A stretch of 64,000 nt of DNA from Octopus vulgaris. Lineage: Eukaryota. The notes below the pieces were generated by a model. That model was not told the DNA's origin. It did not search any database and saw only the letters and a program-made list of their open reading frames with translations. The position numbers and the translations under genes were made by a program. Shown in pieces: positions 14,733-28,573 of this stretch (position 1 is the first letter of the stretch; every line of letters begins with the position of its first letter). The stretch spans positions 178,002,001 to 178,066,000 of the forward strand of contig OX597815.1 in assembly GCA_951406725.2 (NCBI GenBank), read 5' to 3'.

Positions 14733-15509
14733 GAATTTTTGCTAATTATTGTACATTTTGCTGATTTTACCGTTAAGTATTGGTAATGTGCTTCCGAGTG
14801 AACTTATACGCCAGGATATTCTTTCCAGCCTAACATGTATTGCGAAACAGATTTGGCAATTTCTTTCGAACTAAACATCGGTTCGTCTCATGTTCATGAT
14901 TATAATAATTCGTGTTTTATGGCATTCGTAGAAACGGAGGCGAGGATTTTAAATGACTCGATATATAGCACGGTGATGGCCTCGAATAGTGTAGAATCTT
15001 ACACAGCATTTGGGTTCTTTGGATGCTATTGAATCCAAAGCTAAATTACTTTATGGAGATTGTCAATTGCTTTTGTGAAGTCTGCTGATTTCAGTCGAAC
15101 TCATTTAATTGTAATTGGCAGAAATCAAAAGTAAGACTTATAGTTATCAGATTATATGAGAAAGAATGATGAAACCTGGTGCTAATTAGAAGAAACATTT
15201 GCTTTCAAATGATTCAGTTAATTTGCTTGAAAAGTGATTAATTCACTGCCACAAATGTTGAGTTCAAACAGTTAATTTGTTTGATAATCTCAATTTAGAA
15301 GATTTCAATTTCCATGGTGTTGCGTTCTATAAACGTAGAAAGACAGAAACTTACTTCTTTATTTTATGTCTCTTAGTATTGTATTCATTTAATGCCTTCT
15401 GCTAATAGATTGCATATTGCGTTATTTCAATTTTTTTTGTAGAAATGGTTTTCTAAATCATAATGAAATTATCGCTCTTAATTTAAAAGGTTCATCTAAG
15501 ATCATTCTG

Positions 15510-15594
<85 letters not shown>

Positions 15595-15682
15595 TTTCTA
15601 TTTATCTATCTCTCTACTTAAATATATATACATTCCCTTATAAATATTCATTACTAATAGTTTTCTTAGCCCCAAAATAAAG

Positions 15683-15717
<35 letters not shown>

Positions 15718-15753
15718 CTGTCTGTCTGTCTGCGTGTGCGTTTTCGTGTGTAA

Positions 15754-15798
<45 letters not shown>

Positions 15799-16341
15799 CA
15801 TACATATATGAGTGTCAGTATCTATGTAGGCATGTACGTACGTACGTGTGTATGAATGTATGTATGTATGTATGTAAGTATGTATGTATGTATGTATGTA
15901 TGTATGTATGTATGTATGTATGTATGTATGTATGTATGTATGTATGTATGCAGCTTACTCTTCCGCTAAAGTAAGATCAACAAAAACAGTCTCCATCCAC
16001 CGAGTGATAAATATCATTTAATACACGTAGTATAAATATATATGCTACTAATAGTTCCTTGTTTTCTGAAGAATTGTTCTAGATAGTTTTTATAAAACGC
16101 CTTTTTTCTCCAAGCAAAATTGAGGCCCGAATCACACAGCGCATATTATTTGCAAATCAGGAAGGTGCTATAAGAGAAATCACGAGAAAAAAAACTGGTC
16201 GGAAGTATATGAATCTCCTTTCTACACTGCATTATTTTTCGTCGTGATAGCTTGGAGAAGCAAGGCATTTTATAAAACACTGACTAAATCCGTGTCTCCA
16301 AGGCAAGAAACTATAAGTACCTTATATCTTTAACTGTGTAC

Positions 16342-16491
<150 letters not shown>

Positions 16492-16536
16492 TATATACAT
16501 ACATATATATATATATATACATATATATATACATAC

Positions 16537-16637
<101 letters not shown>

Positions 16638-16993
16638 TGTGCGTGCATGTGTGTTTCTATGCGCACACAGCTACATTTACAGAGACGAGAATTGATGTAT
16701 AGAGTAACTGAGTGGCAGATAAAAAATCCATTCTGTATCGTATCTCTCTTTACGCTGTGGGCGCTTTTATTTCTTTCATGTTTTCACCAGATATCTTCGA
16801 AGCCATCAGAAGAGAGATCAGCTGAAATAATCGGAACTACACGTGAGAGTACGGTGTCGAAAAGACAATTTGCCTCACTCAAGCAAGCCTGTACCTTGAC
16901 ACCAATGTAATTATTCGACCGTGGTTGTGGGCATGTATATATTTGTACACTGACAGATATATATATATATATATATATATGTATATGTATATG

Positions 16994-17027
<34 letters not shown>

Positions 17028-17230
17028 CTTTTGTTCTTTTATCCTTTTACACACACACACACACATATTATCTATATATATATATATATATATATATATT
17101 TAAATATCAAGTAGGTACTGTAAATTTAGGGTGAATACTTGATAAGTGTAAGCACCAGAATATGCCAGATAGTGGCAGAGGTGAAAGAGAATATATCAAA
17201 TAAAATTAAAAACAGAACACAAAGGATATC

Positions 17231-17321
17231 GCGGTACACGTGTTTCAAGCTTTATAAATAATCCGTTCTTACATCAGTGTATTATTGATATAAAAGATGG
17301 TTTAAAGCTCTCTTCAGCCGC
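17231..17321 (-). ncRNA. type I hammerhead ribozyme motif (intact core, long helix II insert)
   Basis: Minus strand: GCGG-CUGAAGA-GAGCUUUA-[~48 nt]-UAAAGCUU-GAAA-CACGUG-UA-CCGC. Helices I and II pair, helix III is palindromic and the cleavage triplet is GUA. Confidence 0.8.
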
Positions 17322-17789
17322 AAATATTGTTATTCCAATGAGTTACATCACACTATAAAAAATATAGTACATGTAGTATTATCCATTATAATAGGTATAT
17401 TATATCTCCCTGAGAAAGTGTATTTGTAAAATTTCCTAACTGCATGAATGTATAAGGATTCATTGGATTTCGAAAATCTGCCCATGCTGTATCACCAGTC
17501 AACATAGAGTGAATATTAAATAGATTGGAATGGGTATATATTCAATCCTCTTGCATAAGATAGGAAGGAAAATAAGATAGAAAGAAAGAAAATAGACAGA
17601 AAAGAAAATAGGGAGAAAAAAATAAACGTTAAAAAATAATAAAAAATAAGAAATAAGGGGCAAGGGTACTGGAGGTAAAAGACAATGGAACCAAAAGACA
17701 AGGGTATTAAAAGCTAAAAAATAGTAAAAAAAGGAAAAATAAGGATAATAAAGTTAGAACCACATATAAATAAGAATCAGCCAAATAAG

Positions 17790-18095
17790 AATGAAGTATT
17801 CTGTATTTTTTTGCCGAATCGCTAAGTTACGGGAACATAAATACACAAACATCAGTTGTCAAATGATGCTGGGGACACAAACGCAGACAAAAACACAAAT
17901 ATACACACACACACACACACACACCTATCTGTGTGAGTGTATACAGGCTTCTTTCAGTTTCCGCCTACCAAATTCACTCACAAGGCTTTGGTCGGTCCGC
18001 AGCTATAGTAAAAGGCAACATGCCCAAGATGTCACGCAGTGGGACTGAACCCGGAACCGTGTTTTTGAGAATCAAACTTTTAATCACACAGTTAC
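17790..18095 (-). mobile_element. SINE family B
   Basis: GGCTTCTTTCAGTTTCCG...CACTCACAAGGCTTTGGTCGG...GCAGTGGGACTGAACCCGGAACC, as in 35625-36036. Confidence 0.85.
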
Positions 18096-18743
18096 GATAT
18101 ATATATAAACAAATATATATTCTTTTCTATGTTTCTCTTTCGAGGGTGGAACAAAGCTTTTCTTGATGTCCGACTATGATATCATGATATGGATCATTAT
18201 ACTGGGTTTCGATAACAGTGTATAAACTCTTGCTGCATTATTGCTGACATCTTGATGAATATCACTAAAGTATTATTATTGCATTGATAATTGATGACGC
18301 CACTATCGATTGACATCCTCCTTTGATGTTATGAATATTATAATTCAATCAGAATAATAACTATGGTACATGCAGAGATGTCTAGAAGAATATATTTCTT
18401 TCACCATAACATTGAACCGAACTCTGAGACATCAATCCTTATCGTACTACACTCTCTCTTATAAAAACAAATTGTTTTTAAAACTACAGTTGTCCATTGC
18501 ATGAATTCATGTAATGCTAGAAATTTACGGTCTCAAGATGGTCTACGTTGCTTTTATTGACACGGCTTCTCAGTGGAATTATTGTCCAGAATCCCTAAAT
18601 ATTTTCCTATGAATTCAGACATTCAAGATATTTTATTCTATTTTGGTGGCATTTTCTGCTTTCATATTTAAACACTAATTAACTATTGCAATACCACCTT
18701 AAACTACTCACGGGATTCGGCAAAGCGTTTTAACGCAGCTTAT

Positions 18744-19125
18744 GGAAGCACACCGTCGGTTACGACGACGAGGGTTCCGGTTGATCCGATCAACGGAACA
18801 GCCTGCTCGCGAAATTAACGTGTAAGTGGCTGAGCACTCCACAGACACGTCTTCCCTTAACGTAGTTCTCGGGGATATTCAGCGTGACACAGAGAGTGAC
18901 AAGGCCGGCCCTTTGAAATACAGGTACAACAGAAACAGGAAGTAAGAGTGAGAGAAAGTTGTGGTGAAAGAGTACAGCAGGGATCACCACCATCCCTTGC
19001 CGGAGCCTCGTAGGAGCTTTAGGTGTTTTCGCTCAATAAACACTCACAACGCCCGGTTTGGGAATCGAAACCGCGATCCTACGACCGCGAGTCCGCTGCC
19101 CTAACCACTGGGCCATTGCGCTCCG
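18744..19125 (-). mobile_element. full-length tRNA-derived SINE (head A, tail X) with 13-bp target-site duplication
   Basis: Minus strand begins GGAGCGCAATGGCCCAGTGGTTAGG (A box) ... GGTTTCGATTCCC (B box). TAACGCAGCTTAT is repeated at 18731-18743 and 19126-19138. Confidence 0.92.
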
Positions 19126-19299
19126 TAACGCAGCTTATACTACTATAAGCGCATTAGACGCTTTTTTAGAGAAAAGAATCTATCAACACGATATAAACCT
19201 TTTGTTGGGAAAACAGAATGAGATCGTATCCAAATTTGTTGTGGTTAATTTTCCAAAGAATCTAATACACAATACGCCATTCTTCAGGATACAACAGAT

Positions 19300-21750
19300 A
19301 AGAGTTTGGTTTGCCAAACCATTTCTTATTTAAAGCCGATGCTTCAACGTTATTAGGAATATTTGAAAGAAGCAAAATTCTGCATAATTCAATATTTCTG
19401 TAGATGAGTAGAGTTCTTTGTATAATTTGAATGTAAATGTTCGCTCATGAGATAAATTCTGAAATTTAGAGATTTAGGAAAGAATATAATTTTTGAAAAT
19501 TTACCTGCTGAAAAGGTATTGATCTTTTGGAGATAAATCTTTCTGAACTCTACTTCGTTTTACAAAAACTACAGTTACAGTTTGCAAGTGATGTAGAAAA
19601 TGCCATGACCAAATTTGGCATGGATATTAACTGTGAGCATCAATTGCGATGCAGCTAAATTGTCATAAAAATCTCATTTGAAATGAAGATCAAAATGCAG
19701 ATTCTGGAGTGATGACTGAGAGTAATAATTGTGTCGCACTTCAGTGATATGATTATAGTGAATTATGACTTATTTCAGAAGTCCCTTTCACAGAAGATTT
19801 AAGCAAGGGCAAAGTTGGAAGAATTATTAGTTCATTCCATACTTCTGAAATAATAGAAAGACATTAAATACTTTCGAAATTTATTAAAGAGGAGCATAAT
19901 TATGAACTGTAATTAACAATACAATGAGAAAGGAAAATGGTTTATTTGCAATGCTAGAACATTTCCCATTCCTTAAATATTGTATTTCTAAGGTTATGAT
20001 CATATTATGGAGCAATACGTTACTATTTAGATATTGAATGGACAAGTTGGTCGCAAAATGCAACATTCATTTCTACAGGATTTATATTTGTTGCGTTCAA
20101 AAAGAATTGAAAATACTCAAATGTCTCTATTGCTGAGAGAATATATAGGGAAAAGAATTGGGCAACAAAGGAACAAATTTCTTAATAGTTTAATGAAAAC
20201 TTCAAAAATAAAATAAACATCAGAGATGCTTTGTCCGACGCATAAAATGCAGGAGCCACTCAGAGATTTTGCTAGCACCTTTAAGTTCATTGCAATGCTG
20301 GAAATCCTTGCATAAAGTCAGCGGGTATCTCAGTGCCACAAGCATTTTGCCTCTTAGTCTGTAGGCTTCGCCTGATTGGCGCAGCCAGGACCCCACCTAA
20401 GGAAATGTTCGACTTGCGGTCTCTTGTCAACCATATATATCTTGAGCTACTTTCAGCTACCATGCCTATTTCCTTTACGGTTTTCGTCAGTATCTGGATT
20501 TCAGATGCATCTTCTACAAGAAATCGTGCACTGAACCAAATGCAAAGCTGCGGCCGCTGATTTCAATGTGGAATGAGGCTGCATGTCAGCTCTTGAAATT
20601 TCGTTTTCGATAATGTTGGAAAATCTCGAGTGATACTTCAACCACAATGATTGGTTTTGTATTCATAAAAACCAGAAACATATGTGGTAGGAGTGATGTC
20701 ACCACCATCTCCTCTGAGAAGATACATCTGCCCCTCAGGCCCACTTACGTCTCCCAATCTGAGGCTGAACCAAAAAGGCCCCCTCCTATTGCTTTCGACT
20801 CGGAAGCTTTATACGTACGTAAATTATTTCTAATTTTACGATTAAGTCTTCACAACAATGTATAGCAAACAAGTTGTATAAAAGAATGCTTGTCACTTCA
20901 TCAGAATTACCTACTTCGGATTCCGATTCTCAACTCATGATAATTGAAGCACCAGCCTCGCCAAAAGATAATTGAAGAACCACGCTCGCTAAAAGATAAT
21001 TGAAGCATCAACACAGTCACATAGATGAAATGTTGTCATTAACGAAGCTGCTGAAATTAATTATGAGAACATCCATTTGCTAAATGACACAAACGTTTAT
21101 CAAGGAGAGAGAAAAAATTGGAATTACTGGACATAGAATTGATAGCTTGCAGAAACTGTTCTTTACGTTTAGCAGTAATTCTCTAACTTCCTTCAAAGCA
21201 GTGGAAGCCTCGCCATTCCTTGTGAGATATTTGTTGCAAAATCGTGACGGTATAATCAACGATGTATGATTCATGAGAGTCTATCAATCAGACTGAGATA
21301 TTTTTAGTTTGCAAGAAAATCTGCCAGGTTTTTTGTTTTCGAAAATTTTTGATATTTTCTTTCAAAGAATACAGAATTTTTTAATGGAATAGGTTATTTT
21401 GATCATGATTCTTGATTTCTCGTGTAAACTGTGCACATGGTCACAATCTGAACATTCTTGACATTTGGATTTATGTCGGACACCTTTTATCGCGTGAATA
21501 ACTGATCTCGATGGTAAAGATAAACCTGTCTCTTTCGTTTGGAAAAAAAGTTCTGACAGTTTCCATCTTTGATAGCTATTATAAATGAGTTTGTGCGGTG
21601 GACGAGTTTTCGATAACTAACAAAAGTGATTTTCTTCATACAACAAACTTCATTTTCATCTAAAACTTGAAAAGCAAACGATTTCCTCCGAAAGGTTTGG
21701 TAGAAGTCGCCGAGTTTTGCGAGTCTGATGTGAGAGTATAGGACCCCATT
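19300..21750 (-). pseudogene. probable highly decayed hAT-superfamily transposase
   Basis: Microsatellite-free 2.4-kb block. Minus-strand fragments MPNLVMA...TVTVVFVKRS...LSHER...LLIY resemble the hATC motif FPNL...PVTVASxERSFS...SQERL, with many stops and frameshifts. Confidence 0.3.
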
Positions 21751-21779
21751 AATTTTATTTTCTAATTAAATAACAGTAA

Positions 21780-21990
21780 GTCACCGAACTGGCAGAATCG
21801 TTATTGCGCCGGACAGAATGCTTAGCGGCATTTAGTCCACCATTATATTCTAAGTTCAAATTCCGCCGAGGCCGATTTTGTCTTTCATTTTTCAGCGTCG
21901 ATAACATAAGTACCAGTTGAGCACCGTGGTCGGTGCAATGGACCTGCCTCCCTCCCACCAACATGCTGGTCTTGAGCCAAAATTTGAAAC
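21780..21990 (+). mobile_element. SINE-like family C
   Basis: CTGGCAGAATCGTTA...ATGCTTAGCGGCATTT...GTTCAAATTCCGCCGAGG...AAGTACCAGTTGAGCAC. Confidence 0.85.
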
Positions 21991-23794
21991 GAGTTCAATT
22001 GCTTTAAACAGATACTTAACGTCCAACAGCTTTAGAGATTTATGAAGTGTCATAGATTTTCTGGATGGAAGGTTTCGTTAAAGACATTCATTGAATATTT
22101 TTATTTTTGTGTTCCATATATATCTTTGTCGCATTTCCTTTTCTTGTTATTTCACAGTCGGCATAACTTTACCGGCACTTTTTTTCTATCTATTGCAGCA
22201 AAAAGAATGGTGAATATTATTATTTATTCGTATGTGGAAAGGAACAGATTCTGAATGCAAATACCCTTGCTCCATTCGTCGGAACGTGCGCACAATTTCG
22301 ATATGTCTCGTGGTTATCACATAAGAGAATGAAGAAAATGATATTTCTATCTGATAATGGCAAGTTTGGCTTGGAGAGAAAAGTAAAGTTGCTCTCATCT
22401 TACAAATTTCCTGAAAGGTAGATGAGATTGACAGAATGGTTAAGATATCTTATTTCATCCATTTTCTATTCCGTCGACCTTGTCTAAACCTCCAGGCTTT
22501 TCCTTAATTGCCCTAATTATGTCTGTTTATTCGTTCCGAGTTTAGATTCTACCGAGGTTAACTTTGCTTTCCATTCCTTCGTTGAGCACTGGAACCGAAC
22601 TAATCGACTTGCCCCACCACCTCAGAAATTTCAGATTTTGGCTTGGAAATATTGATTGTATCTCTTGTTATTAAGTCTGTAATAACCAAATTTGTTTATT
22701 TTCTATTGATGTTATCATTAAGCCTTATTTTGGGATAGTGCTCTCCGTAGCTCATAGAATCTATTCATTTTGATTCTTGAATTCTGATTACCATCATGAT
22801 TTCTCCCTTCAGAGAATTTCCCATTTTTAAACCGACTTCAAATTCCATTTTGTTTGAGAGGTCCATTACTCTGCAGTCATTATTCTGCAGTCACGTGGTT
22901 TGGCTTTCACGTGCTTCTTTATTCCATTTTCTGTTGCACGTCTTATTTCTATTTCCACATTTTACATTTTCAGTGGCATGATCATTACTTGCATTTTCGC
23001 AATGTATTCTTCCTTTTAAAGTTTCTATTTCAAGCCTCTCCCCAAGATATCTCCTCAGAAATACACAGTGAACAGTAATTCAGACAACAAAAAGACCGTT
23101 CCGAAAACTATTGTTTAATTTTGTAAGTCTACATTCCAAGTTCAAATCCTGCGACGTTTGACAAATATATGGCATTATCGGAATGCTAAAAATTAGTTGT
23201 TTCAGCTAAATTTGTAAAGCAAAAAATAAAAGAAAGAAAAAATAAGCAATTTGTTATTGTTTACCTCCATTTTTGTATCTTCATTGATATCGATACGTGC
23301 TATTCCATCATATTCTGGCAAGCAATCTTTTATGATTTCACAGAAATTCTATACAAACGAAGGAATAAATTAACCAATTATTATTGAAATATAATATTTA
23401 CATTTTCAATGTTGGCGAATATATTTTGCTGCCGATGTTGAGGTTGTGTATTTGCAGTCGATGCAAATAATTTATTATTGTTGCAGAAGAGGATTTAGAA
23501 AAAAGTCCCCAGGCAAAGTTTTTCTGTACAAACTACATAGATCGATGGATATTTTAAAATATTACTAAAATATTTGTAATGAATTTCAGCAGATAAATCT
23601 CTTCACAGCTTCACAGTGACTCAATGTTTCGCTGGTTCGTTTTCTGTCAACGTTACTGATACGTTAGCGCCCCACTTTGGTGTGAAAGCAGTTTATATCT
23701 ATACAAACCTGACTAATAGAAAAAAAAAACCCAAAGCATGGAATTACAAAACATTCCCTAGATTTCAATGCTGTAGTCAAATTTCATTTCTTTT

Positions 23795-24026
23795 TCATCT
23801 TTTACTTGTTAAAGTCATTAGATTACGGCCAAGTGGGGGCACCGCTGCGAAGAACCTTTAGTCGAATGAATCGATTCCTGTACTTATATTTTTAAGGCCC
23901 ATACTTATCTTGTTAGTCTCTTTTGCAGAAACGTTAGTTACAGGGATGTAAACACACCAACACCGGTTGTCAAGCAGTGGTAGGAGACAAACACAGACAT
24001 AGAGATACACATGCACACACACACAC

Positions 24027-24097
<71 letters not shown>

Positions 24098-24285
24098 CAC
24101 ACACGCACACGTATATATATTCGACGGGCTTCTTTCAGTTTCCATCTCCGAAATCCACTCACAAGGAGCTGGTTGGCCCAAAGCTATAGTAGAAGACACT
24201 TGCCTAGGGCACCACGCAGTGGAACTGAACCCGAAACCATGTGGTTGGAAAGCAAACTTCTTACCACAAACCATGCCTGCGCCTC
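23795..24285 (-). mobile_element. SINE family B, near full length with internal (TA)n
   Basis: Tail CTTTTACTTGTT...GCGGCC-like...GCACCGC and head GGAACTGAACCCGAAACCATGTGGTTGG...CCTGCGCC, as in 35625-36036. Confidence 0.85.
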
Positions 24286-24370
24286 ATAAGCTACGCTTGC
24301 TACTATAGCCACACCTGCGCCCATAGGTGAACTTCTTTGAGAGAAAGGTTGCCAGAAATATGTTAGTAAT

Positions 24371-24423
<53 letters not shown>

Positions 24424-24655
24424 TGTGTGTATGTGTGTGTGTGCTTGTGTGTGCTTATGTGTGATTGTGTGTGTGTGTGCGTGCTTGTGTGTGTTTGTAT
24501 TCTGTCCCTCTAATTAAAGAGAGCATAGGTTTCCATTGTAGTAATATACTTCCCACTACTCACTCGTTAGTAGTAGTTATATGTAAATATAAAACGGAAA
24601 TTCTGGCAGTGAGCCGCTAGGGTAGTTAAGCGCAGATCAAAATCTTTACGACGTC

Positions 24656-25117
24656 TTGTAGTAAAGATTGTTTGCCAACATAACACAGTAGTCATGGTTT
24701 AGGACGAATGTTGCTGTAATTTAGCTCCAAGAGACATCGTCTCCAGCTGGCTATACGACACGATCTGTGTCCTTATATTTTCGAACAAGGCAATCTAGGT
24801 CCCCCACTCAGCTCAAAACAATATGTGTATCGCGATTTCCGGGTTATTTCCCTTCATCAGCACAGAATTTCCATTCAGCAAAGAATTTCTCTTCATTAGC
24901 ACAGAATAATTGTTCTGTGCTGATGAAGGAAAATAACCCGGAAATCGCCATATTGTTTTGAGCTGTGTGGGGTTGCTAGATTCCCTTGTTCGAAAATATA
25001 AGGACACAGATCGTGTCGCATAGCCAGCTGAGACGATGTCTCCTGGAGCTAAATTACATCAACATTTGTCCTAAACCAGGATTGCCATGTTATGTTGGCA
25101 AACAATCTTTGCTACAA
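24656..25117. mobile_element. ~460-bp fold-back element carrying hammerhead motifs
   Basis: About 210-bp inverted arms (TTGTAGTAAAGATTGTTTGCCAACATAACA... / ...TGTTATGTTGGCAAACAATCTTTGCTACAA) around a short internally repetitive spacer. Confidence 0.9.
24824..24864 (-). ncRNA. minimal type I hammerhead ribozyme motif
   Basis: Minus strand: UGUG-CUGAUGA-A-GGG-AAAUAA-CCC-G-GAAA-UCGCGA-UA-CACA. Helix III is palindromic and helix II is closed by a non-canonical A/G. Confidence 0.7.
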
Positions 25118-25169
25118 AGTACTGCTGCTGAATATCTCACGTTGTGAGATTTAAAAATAGAAATTTTCT

Positions 25170-25700
25170 ATTTTACATTCTGGTTTCAAATTCCTCCCAG
25201 ATCGACTTTGCGTTTCATTATTTTGGAGTCGATAAATTAACTACAATTTGATTGATCTGATTGATTAGCCCCCTCCCCTTAAAATTGATGGCCTTGTTCC
25301 TGAATCTGAGACTCTTATTGAATAATAAGTAAAGTAGCGTGCAGCCAGAATCGACACATTCTTGAACAAAACACTATACGATTTTCCTTCCAATTCTTTA
25401 CCGTCTAATTCCCAGTGCCAACCAGTCTAATTTTCCCGTTCATCATTTCGGGATTGATAAAACAAACTACTAGTCAGTTTAATCGATTGGGCCCTCGCCG
25501 GACAATTAGTGGCTTTGTCCAAACTCACAGTTAATTACTATTACCATTAAAGAAGCGAGTCTTGAGAATCGTTAGCGCGCCGGGGAAAATGAGACGTTTC
25601 TTCCGACTTTCTGTATTCAAATTCCGCAGAGGCCAATTTTGTTGGTCTTTCTTTTGGGGTCGATATACTATGTACCGAAGGAACACTGGGGACTTAGCGA
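25170..25700 (+). mobile_element. cluster of three decayed SINE-like family C copies
   Basis: Repeated TCAAATTCC...CGACTTTG...GTCGATA motifs at about 25185, 25440 and 25615. Confidence 0.65.
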
Positions 25701-27061
25701 CGAAATCCTCAAACCCGCATTCCAAATGCTCTTTCAGAATAGGAGCATTATTGATTGGTGGAATTATGTTGAACAACTAACGCCGCGGTGGAACAAATTC
25801 ATCTATCATCAAAATACATTCTGAACATTGTCTTCTTTTGCCGAAAAGGAAAGGTTTTCTGACGGATGAGGTTTCCCACGGGTAAGATGCTGAAAGCACG
25901 ACAGACAGACACCATACGCTTTCCTCTTCGGTCAAATTATTACCAACTTTTTCAAGTTTCAGTTGGAGAGGTTTGTGAAGGTGGAGACATAAAGGCTAAC
26001 CCCCACCTCGTAAATTCTTTGAAAAGTTGTGAGAGTAGCAAAGATGGCACGTGTGATAGTTTTAAGTGTTGATTAAATTTATTACTTGCCGAAGGAAAGA
26101 AACGTTAAAAAATGTCAAAGAATGTCTAGAATTTAAAATGTTAGCAGAAAATAATCAATTTTAGTACAAACAAAAACGGTTACCAGAGAATGCGTTCGGA
26201 ATCACGATGGAAAACAAAACAAAACGACAATAAAGAATATAAAAATATAAAAGACCAAAAAGAAAATATGCGCAGAAGCATACTGAGATTAATGCAGAAA
26301 CATTACCTATACTCACATTTTCAGCTCTAGTTTCACTCACAATCCGGAAAGTCAAATATTATTTTATGCTACGTGAGAATAGATTGATTTCTTCATACAA
26401 CGAACGAGTACTTTGATGCAAAATTGCTGGTGAATAGTTAAAAATATGCTTTACTTTCACGCAAACAATGTTAATATGAATCCTGTAAGAACTTTTTGTA
26501 CATAACGGAAACGGCGTTTAGGTGTTAAAAACCGCCCTAAAATTAAACTCCTTGGATGAGACAACTCTAAAATTCAACTTGTGAATGACAATGGCAAATG
26601 TCTGACATAAAAAGTATACGTGAAACGAAAGAAAAAATGTATTGACTAGTTGATATATTTAAATTTCTAAAAAAAATTAGTTATCTTCTTCACTTAAAAT
26701 GGTAATTGTATTTCAAATCACGGGAATGGCATTTAGCTTTTGAAAGTGAACGTCGAAAGAAATAGAAAATTCAGCAGACAAGTTTGAAAAGAGTGACTCG
26801 AACTATCATATTGACACAATTCTAGCATTAAATGATGCTGAAAGAAAAGAGAGAAATATATGGTGTGTCTGTAGCACGACGTGACAGTACGAGTTTGTGG
26901 GTGTATTTGCATGGTATTAAACAGCTTTCCATGACATGTTCCTAAAAAAAAAAAAAACGATTATTATATGTTTCGTTTTTGTATTTAGTTTGCATCATCC
27001 TTGATGTGAATTGGTGAGTTGAAACAAAATTTTTTTATGCTTCGAGAGGATCATTACACTG

Positions 27062-27129
<68 letters not shown>
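27062..27129. repeat. (AAT)n microsatellite
   Basis: Perfect trinucleotide run. Confidence 0.95.
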
Positions 27130-27131
<2 letters not shown>

Positions 27132-28020
27132 AACACGACGCACTGGTTCGCTATCACTTGAGGAAATAAAACTAATTCCCTGACAGACTCAAAGCAGACA
27201 TTGAAGGGATACAGCAAATGAGTGAGAGGCGCGCGAAAGCAGCGGAAGGATTGTGGCAACAGCGATTGCTTAAATAGGACGTTAGACAAACGAAGGATAA
27301 GTTAATTGGTTGAATATTTAACCAATTGATTAACAATAAAGAAGTGATAATGAACCAGTGCAGGTGTTTTTTTTATTATTATTGGCGTAATGACCTTCCC
27401 AAGACAAGAATTTTATATTCAAAATACAATGAAAAATATACTAAAATCCATAGCCAGAAAATAGTTTAGAATATGTTTGCTAATACTTAGTACCGGAGTA
27501 ACGTCATGTAACGTGGAAATCTGATTCAGAGAACTAAGAGTTAAGCTATATCATCTGTTCCATTATATTGTGTTTTCTATTGTAATCATTATCGTACGTA
27601 ACGTTATCTTGGCTTTCAGCCACTTTAGAGTCTCTAAATGAAAGTGGGAAATGAATTACACACACAAACAGAGACACACGAATTAAAATATGCCTCTTTA
27701 TTTCTCCAGCATGATTGAAGATTTGTACGCACACACACACATTCCTAGATCCATTACTGTGTTAAACGCTCTACACTGAATTTGCTCCGAAATTCATCAA
27801 TCATTCATGTAGATGGTGAAGCCAATGCACCTTCGATACAGTCATAAAAATAAATATATACACACCACAAATCATGTTATAAATTAATCATGTATATGCG
27901 ACTGTATGTGTGACCCTCCGTATGTGTTTGAGCGTGTATCTATGTATATGTGTGTCTGTGTGTGTGTGTGAATACATACACGCACACATATGTATATATA
28001 TAATTAATATGTTTATATAT

Positions 28021-28056
<36 letters not shown>

Positions 28057-28289
28057 GGGGGGTAAGTGTGTGTATAAGTGCGTGTATGTATAACCTAATC
28101 TCGGTAAGTAAGGAACAAATTATCATACAGAAAATATATGTGACTCAGTATTTGTGTTAGAAAATATATTTAACGCATTTTATTTATTGAAGTGAGGAAA
28201 ATCAATGAAAATTATTCTGACATTAATGCATTTGTTCTTTGTTGGCATGGATGAGCACTTACATGTATACTCGCATAAATATACATATG

Positions 28290-28322
<33 letters not shown>

Positions 28323-28326
<4 letters not shown>

Positions 28327-28480
28327 AAATAAGCAACAGGATGTCCAGAGGTAATGCATTACCTCTGGACATCCTGTTGCTTATTTTGATTTTAATCACC
28401 TTGTATTGAAACTGCATGGATGATACCGGACTAATTCTGGTGCCTCAACTTAAGTACCTAATTCATCTGAATTTAAATTT
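28323..28480 (+). mobile_element. perfect 68-bp palindrome plus PLE-type terminal sequence
   Basis: 28323-28356 and 28357-28390 are exact reverse complements. The downstream AATTCTGGTGCC...CTTAAGTACC...ATTCATCTGAAT is shared with 8765-8810. Confidence 0.85.
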
Positions 28481-28530
28481 TTCCTATATATATATACTGT
28501 CACCTCTCCAATCGAAAACCGGTGATTACC

Positions 28531-28573
28531 GTACGTTGACGAGAGGCAAAAACCTTGAAACTATAGTCCGTGC
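28531..28573 (+). ncRNA. minimal type I hammerhead ribozyme motif (C3-to-U variant)
   Basis: GUACG-UUGACGA-GAGG-CAAAAA-CCUU-GAAA-CUAUAG-UC-CGUGC. Helices I and II pair, helix III is palindromic and the triplet is GUC. Confidence 0.72.
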
